Source of the DNA: Ionaspis alba
Lineage: Eukaryota
Length of the DNA stretch: 37,834 nt
Direction: 5' to 3'
Assembly (NCBI GenBank): GCA_964255285.1
Contig: CAXUUL010000071.1
Span: forward strand, 1 to 37,834
Shown: piece after piece, positions 33,249 through 37,834 of the stretch
How positions within the stretch are numbered: position 1 is the stretch's first letter
Layout of the letters: each line of letters starts with the position of its first letter
Notes under the pieces: model-generated
The model's input: only the letters and a program-made list of their open reading frames with translations
Database searches by the model: none
What the model was told of the DNA's origin: nothing
Position numbers and translations under genes: made by a program

Positions 33249-35035
33249 TTAACGCCCTCTGCCCGGACATGCCCTCATACAGGCCACCAAATCCGCTGCG
33301 GTCACCCTTGCAACCCCTTGTCCAACATCATCAATACCAATCCCTAGCAAGACCTCATCGTCTAGATAGCCAACATTCATATCCGCAACTTCAACCCCTG
33401 TTCTTCCCGCGGCCCAAGCAATGCTCACCGTATAGGTAAAGTACGCCCAATACTCCTTCCCACCATGAGGGTCCGTAGAGTTGGGACCAAATTGCTTCTT
33501 GTGGTCAGCCACGATCTTCGCGTTGACGGCATCCTCGTCCCAATTGTCCGCCATAGTCCATCCACTGGCCGTCTCATTGGCCATGAGCAGTGGATGTTGA
33601 GAGATCCCTAGCATTGAAAAGGGCGGGGTGGAGGCCCAGATGATGAAGTAGCGCTCGTAGCGAAGGGGCAGCTTCAGGTAGTTGGGGTGTTTACGATGGA
33701 CAATGGCGAAGAAGACTGTATTCTCGGTACTCGGCTTGCAAGCCTTGTCGGAGCGATTACATAGGACAAGTCGGAGCGAATTGGTCGCTTGATGCCATTT
33801 GCCGTTTTGCTTTGCAGGATCGGGCTCATTGGCTGGTAGAGAAGGGATGCAGGGGATCTCGAGGGCATCGGTGAGATTAGTGGTGGTGAGTCCGGAACCG
33901 AGTACTTTGGCGAAAGTTCGGCCTCTAGAGGAATTTCCGGGAGACGAGATATCGTAGTGGAGGAAGGATTCACCGGTCGAGGGATAGAAGAACATCCAAT
34001 TCTTTTCGATAGGAGAACGGGAAGAGGGTGGGTTGCGGGTCAACTCAGTGAGGGTTGGGTAGGACATCAATGGGCCGAGCGATGGGCGACTGGGTGGTGA
34101 GGAGATGATTTGGGACAGAGGTGGATAAAGAGTGCGAAGGTCGATGACCCACAAGCCGAAGCATGCATAACGTGACCTAATGGATTTTTAGCGCAAAGCT
34201 TCGAAAATGATGGTCTACAGTGTCCTTACTGCGTGTTGACCATCATCAGAGGCTCTCCTTTCCCGCTCCAAAAGATTCTTGGATCGTGGAACCCTGGTAT
34301 ATCGACATATGTGTCGAACTTGCCCTCACAGTTTTCGGCTGGAGTAGGCGGTACGCTTAGTCTGACAGGTGCGGTGACACATCGTAATCCACCAGCAGGA
34401 CCCGTGTAGCGTAAGTCTTCTTGTGTACAAGGTTTCTCGCCTTTCCGAGCATTTTGAGGCAGATCGGTGCAGCAGAATTTTGCCTCGCAGACGACATTTT
34501 CTTGATAATTTCCATCCGTAACTATCCTGCTGACTACCAAGTACTGGTTTTCCGCCCAATATGGTAGTGCTATGACGGTCGGGTTCCAGAAGATCCTTGT
34601 CTCTCGGGTTGTTGGGTTAGGTGGTATGTGGGAGATGTTCTGCACGATATTAGGCAGTCGAACGTGGTTGGTGTACTTGTTCTCCTGCCTCAAACACTTC
34701 CATAGCACCTCCAGATGAGGATTTAGTGCTGGACGAGACAACAGTCCTTCTCCAACTGTCCCATTTATAATTCTCTGATGAGTGTCTTCACTCCAACTAT
34801 AGAGATGGTGTATGGGAGGCGAAAGATGATTTTCTGAGGTATTGGCTTGCAGCAGTGCCTGTGACTTGAGGCTGGAGATTGGAATTCGGATTCCTGGAGC
34901 TGGAAGTGGAGGTTGGTGGAGGACGAAGGAAGGCAGGTATTTTGGCACCCCAAGGCTCGACCTCCAAAGCAAGATCAAGGTGAGAAGAGCTACTGCAGAA
35001 AGAAGATGGCGCCGAGACGACGGGAGGTATATCAT
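33249..35035 (-). CDS. Type II membrane (Golgi-like) protein with beta-propeller glyco-enzyme-like motifs, about 577 aa
   Basis: Exons 35035-34230 and 34176-33249 (intron GTAAGG..GCTAA..TAG); total 1734 nt. Short N-tail plus TM (HLLSAVALLTLILLW), a Pro-rich stem, then FWNPTV, HDPRIFWS..GEPL, IEKNWMFF and GYLDDEVLLGIG. Confidence 0.8.
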
Positions 35036-35544
35036 ATTTCTGTTTCACTCCGGGCGACCTTTTGTTGCGCTTGTTGTTCATCAGGGAACCTGTCAATAGT
35101 GTTGAAGTTGTGTAGTACTGCGAGACGAGATTGTGGTTTGGTCCGTGTGGAGCTAACAGAGGTGATTGCCACTTAGGGCAGGCGTGTCAAAGCCATTGCA
35201 CACAAATCAGATCCGGAAATTGATACTCAAGTTTGGTTTCGTACGTGCATAACGTTGTTTTCAGCCCAGAATACCAACCAAAAAATAATTGTTTCTTCTG
35301 CAGCAGAAGATAAGAATGTCCTCGCTGGGATGGCAAAGGCCGCCGCGAGGACGACCACAGCGACCAGCGCGAAATCATGGCCCAAACACAGGACTCCAAG
35401 AATGATCCGACATATGTAGATGACACACTCACTTGTCTAAACAGATATGAAACAGTCCACTCATCAAGAATCATCGGAAAGCCCTCGAAACCCAACGCCA
35501 TTGCTGTTCCCTATATCTAGTCCTTTCATCCCGTATCTACTTTT

Positions 35545-37427
35545 TCAGCGTCGCGGAGTTTCGTCTTCCTCCTCCTCGTCATCGTCATTATTGCTCTCGC
35601 TGCCTTCCTCTTCGTCCCACCCTTCCGCTTCCAGACCTTCACCACGAATACCAAAGCTCCCAACGAAACCAATGAATGCTATCCCGCCAAAGACGCCAAA
35701 GGCAAGAGCTTCACCTTTTGGTCTAACATGAGTAGCAATGGAAAAAAGACCACCTGAGACAAAGGGACCGGCGGCTCGACCGGCCGCTGACAGCGTTTGA
35801 GCGAGGCCATTGAGTGTGCCAAGAACAGAGTGATTGGACGCCGAGTTTGTGATCTGCGTTCTATTAGCTCAACTATGTAATGAAGATAGAAGTTGAATAG
35901 AGAGAGAAAGGAGAAATGGCGGGGGTATCGGGGGCAGGGGGAAAGCGAAGAGCGTGAGAATGAGAGAAGTCTCACGAGTAGAAGAGCACTGGTCAATCCA
36001 CCGACAGCAGCGATCGTCTTTACCAGCAATACAATCCCGAGCTCAATCCATAACCATATTTTACCAGTCGAGATGCCTCCAATCCCGTTTGCGGCGTTTT
36101 TATAACCTACCCATGGCGTCATGAGGAATGCTACAACAAACCCTCCCAATCCCACGCGGTAAGTCGTCTTATTCCCCATCTTCTCCCGCAGCTTTCCAAA
36201 GATGCCGACCTGAAATATGATCGTTACAATTCCTGCAAAAGCTAGAGACAACCCAATCTCTTTAGGTGAGAGGTTTCGTCCAGTCGGTGTTGGTGCCTGA
36301 GCAAAGATGGGGTAGAGATTGTTGTAGGAGATGTTCGAGAGCTGAAAAACCAGATAGGTAGTCAAGAGAATGATCGTATCTCTATTCAGCACCTCCTTTC
36401 GAGTAAGATTAGTGGTATGATGTGGTAGGAGTGTAGGCATCGACCCTTGCGACGTAGTATCAGAATCCGAATCATCCTCCTCATCCTCGTCGAATGCTGC
36501 ATCATCCTGGACATGTGATGATTCTCGATGATCACGACGATGCTTGTGGCTCCGCAGATAGCTTGGCCGGGTTGAACTTGCAAATTGCCAAACCCTGCTA
36601 AACAAATTGCCCATTCGCTTGCCCAGGGGCTGTAAATGCTGTGCTTCCTCCAAACTTTCTTCTAGGTAGATCATCGTGACCAGAAGCTCAAGGACTAGCA
36701 CGAAGGCAGACACCAGATTGGGCCGCAGGTAAGGATAAGCACTTCGATATGATCCATTGGCATCTTTCGCATTCGACACAAGCAGACCTCCCACAATAGG
36801 TCCAGTAATGCCACCAAGACCATATATGACAGGCAGGTATGTGAATGCCTTTGACTGATTACTGCGGTCCGTTATCTCCCCCAAGCACGTCGATACAACT
36901 CCTTGGTTTCCATTGACCAGACCCATGAACGCCTGCACCAACACAGCTTGCCACAGCGTCCTGCAGAATCCAAACATGACGAAACCTACTGCCGTAAGTA
37001 ATGTTCCAACAAGTATCACCGGCTTTCGTCCGATCCTGTCTGAGAGCCAACCCCAGAAGAAGTTTGTGGCAAATTGAGCGAGAGCGAAGGAAGACGCAAT
37101 GGTGCCAACGTAGACGCCGACCTGGCCGGGGTCAACTTCGGGGAAGGACGAGGCCATCTCGGGAAGATAAGGGCTTATGGAGTTCAGTGCTGTTTGTTCG
37201 CAGAGGGCGATAAAGGCGAGCGTGAAGAGTTGTCGCTTTGGCAGCGGAGACTCGTTATGCTCGGAGGCATTCGACTCAGGATGAGGAGGTCCTCTACCAT
37301 CGTTGGACGAGGGAGGAGAGCGCGATGGAGGTCGACCTTTGGATTTGGGTGGAGGAGTGGGAAATGTCTGGTAGTGCGGCGTTGAGGACTTCCGTCGGTC
37401 TGCGGGCAACGGTCTGGAGAGCTTCAT
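35545..37427 (-). CDS. MFS transporter, 12-TM DHA1-type (YCR023C / ZIF-like), about 586 aa
   Basis: Exons 37427-35976 and 35853-35545; total 1761 nt. Motifs SPLPKRQL, SISPYLPEM, motif A WGWLSDRIGRKPV, GLVNGNQGVVSTCLGEITD and GPIVGG; acidic central loop; LGTLNGLAQTLSAAGRAAGP; acidic tail. Confidence 0.9.
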
Positions 37428-37834
37428 CGCAACAAGGTAGCGTTGAAAGGCAGAGAAAATGTGATTTGAAGATGCTTGTGTCTCGAAAACGGATCGAGAT
37501 GACCCTTCGGCCACGAATCTCCAGCTTCCAACCTTTCGATCCAAGTGCGGCAGTCCATTTACCCTCTTGTGACACTTGCCAGGTCCGCAATCATTCTTTG
37601 ACCAAGCGTATCAAGCCCAAGGCTCCGTGGGACGTCGAGGTAATTGTGTCAGCAGCAAAACTAGACCATTGTAGCGCTCCACTCTCTCCGGTCACACAGG
37701 AAAATTGCACGGTAGGAATCTCACTTCGGACGCGCACGATACACTTCTTTGGATTTCAAGTAGGAAAAATCGGCATTACGTCGGCATGCTCTTCGCTCGG
37801 GCATCTGCGCTAGTGGCCAACCAGGTCTGGCTAG

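Noticed and set aside
1..37834. tRNA, rRNA, CRISPR arrays, intact mobile elements
   Set aside because: None recognised by eye; the sequence is eukaryotic with no repeat-spacer pattern.

Overview
Intron-rich genomic DNA from a filamentous ascomycete (Pezizomycotina-type: short GT-AG introns with CTRAC/CTRAY branch sites). I reconstructed 13 protein-coding genes by hand, and the spliced length of every model is divisible by 3. In order: PTH11-like rhodopsin-domain membrane protein (+), TRI12-like MFS transporter (+), HotDog thioesterase (-), classical SDR (+), small Gly-rich conserved hypothetical protein (+), dienelactone hydrolase (-), glutamine-synthetase-like ligase (-) head-to-head with a second SDR (+), GH13 alpha-amylase with an N-terminal membrane anchor (-), a 4-exon small secreted cysteine-rich protein missed by the ORF track (+), a large F-box-like/UBA protein (+), a type II membrane protein with beta-propeller glyco-enzyme-like motifs (-), and a DHA1/YCR023C-like MFS transporter (-). 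A 100-N scaffold gap at 24953-25052 is flanked by a 55-bp duplication. The best candidate for an under-described system is the GS-like/SDR pair. The ligase lacks the ammonium-specific residues of true glutamine synthetase, and the SDR resembles the one encoded beside actinobacterial glnA4. This suggests a fungal gamma-glutamylation pathway for amine (ethanolamine-type) catabolism. Family calls come from recalled motifs, not database searches.
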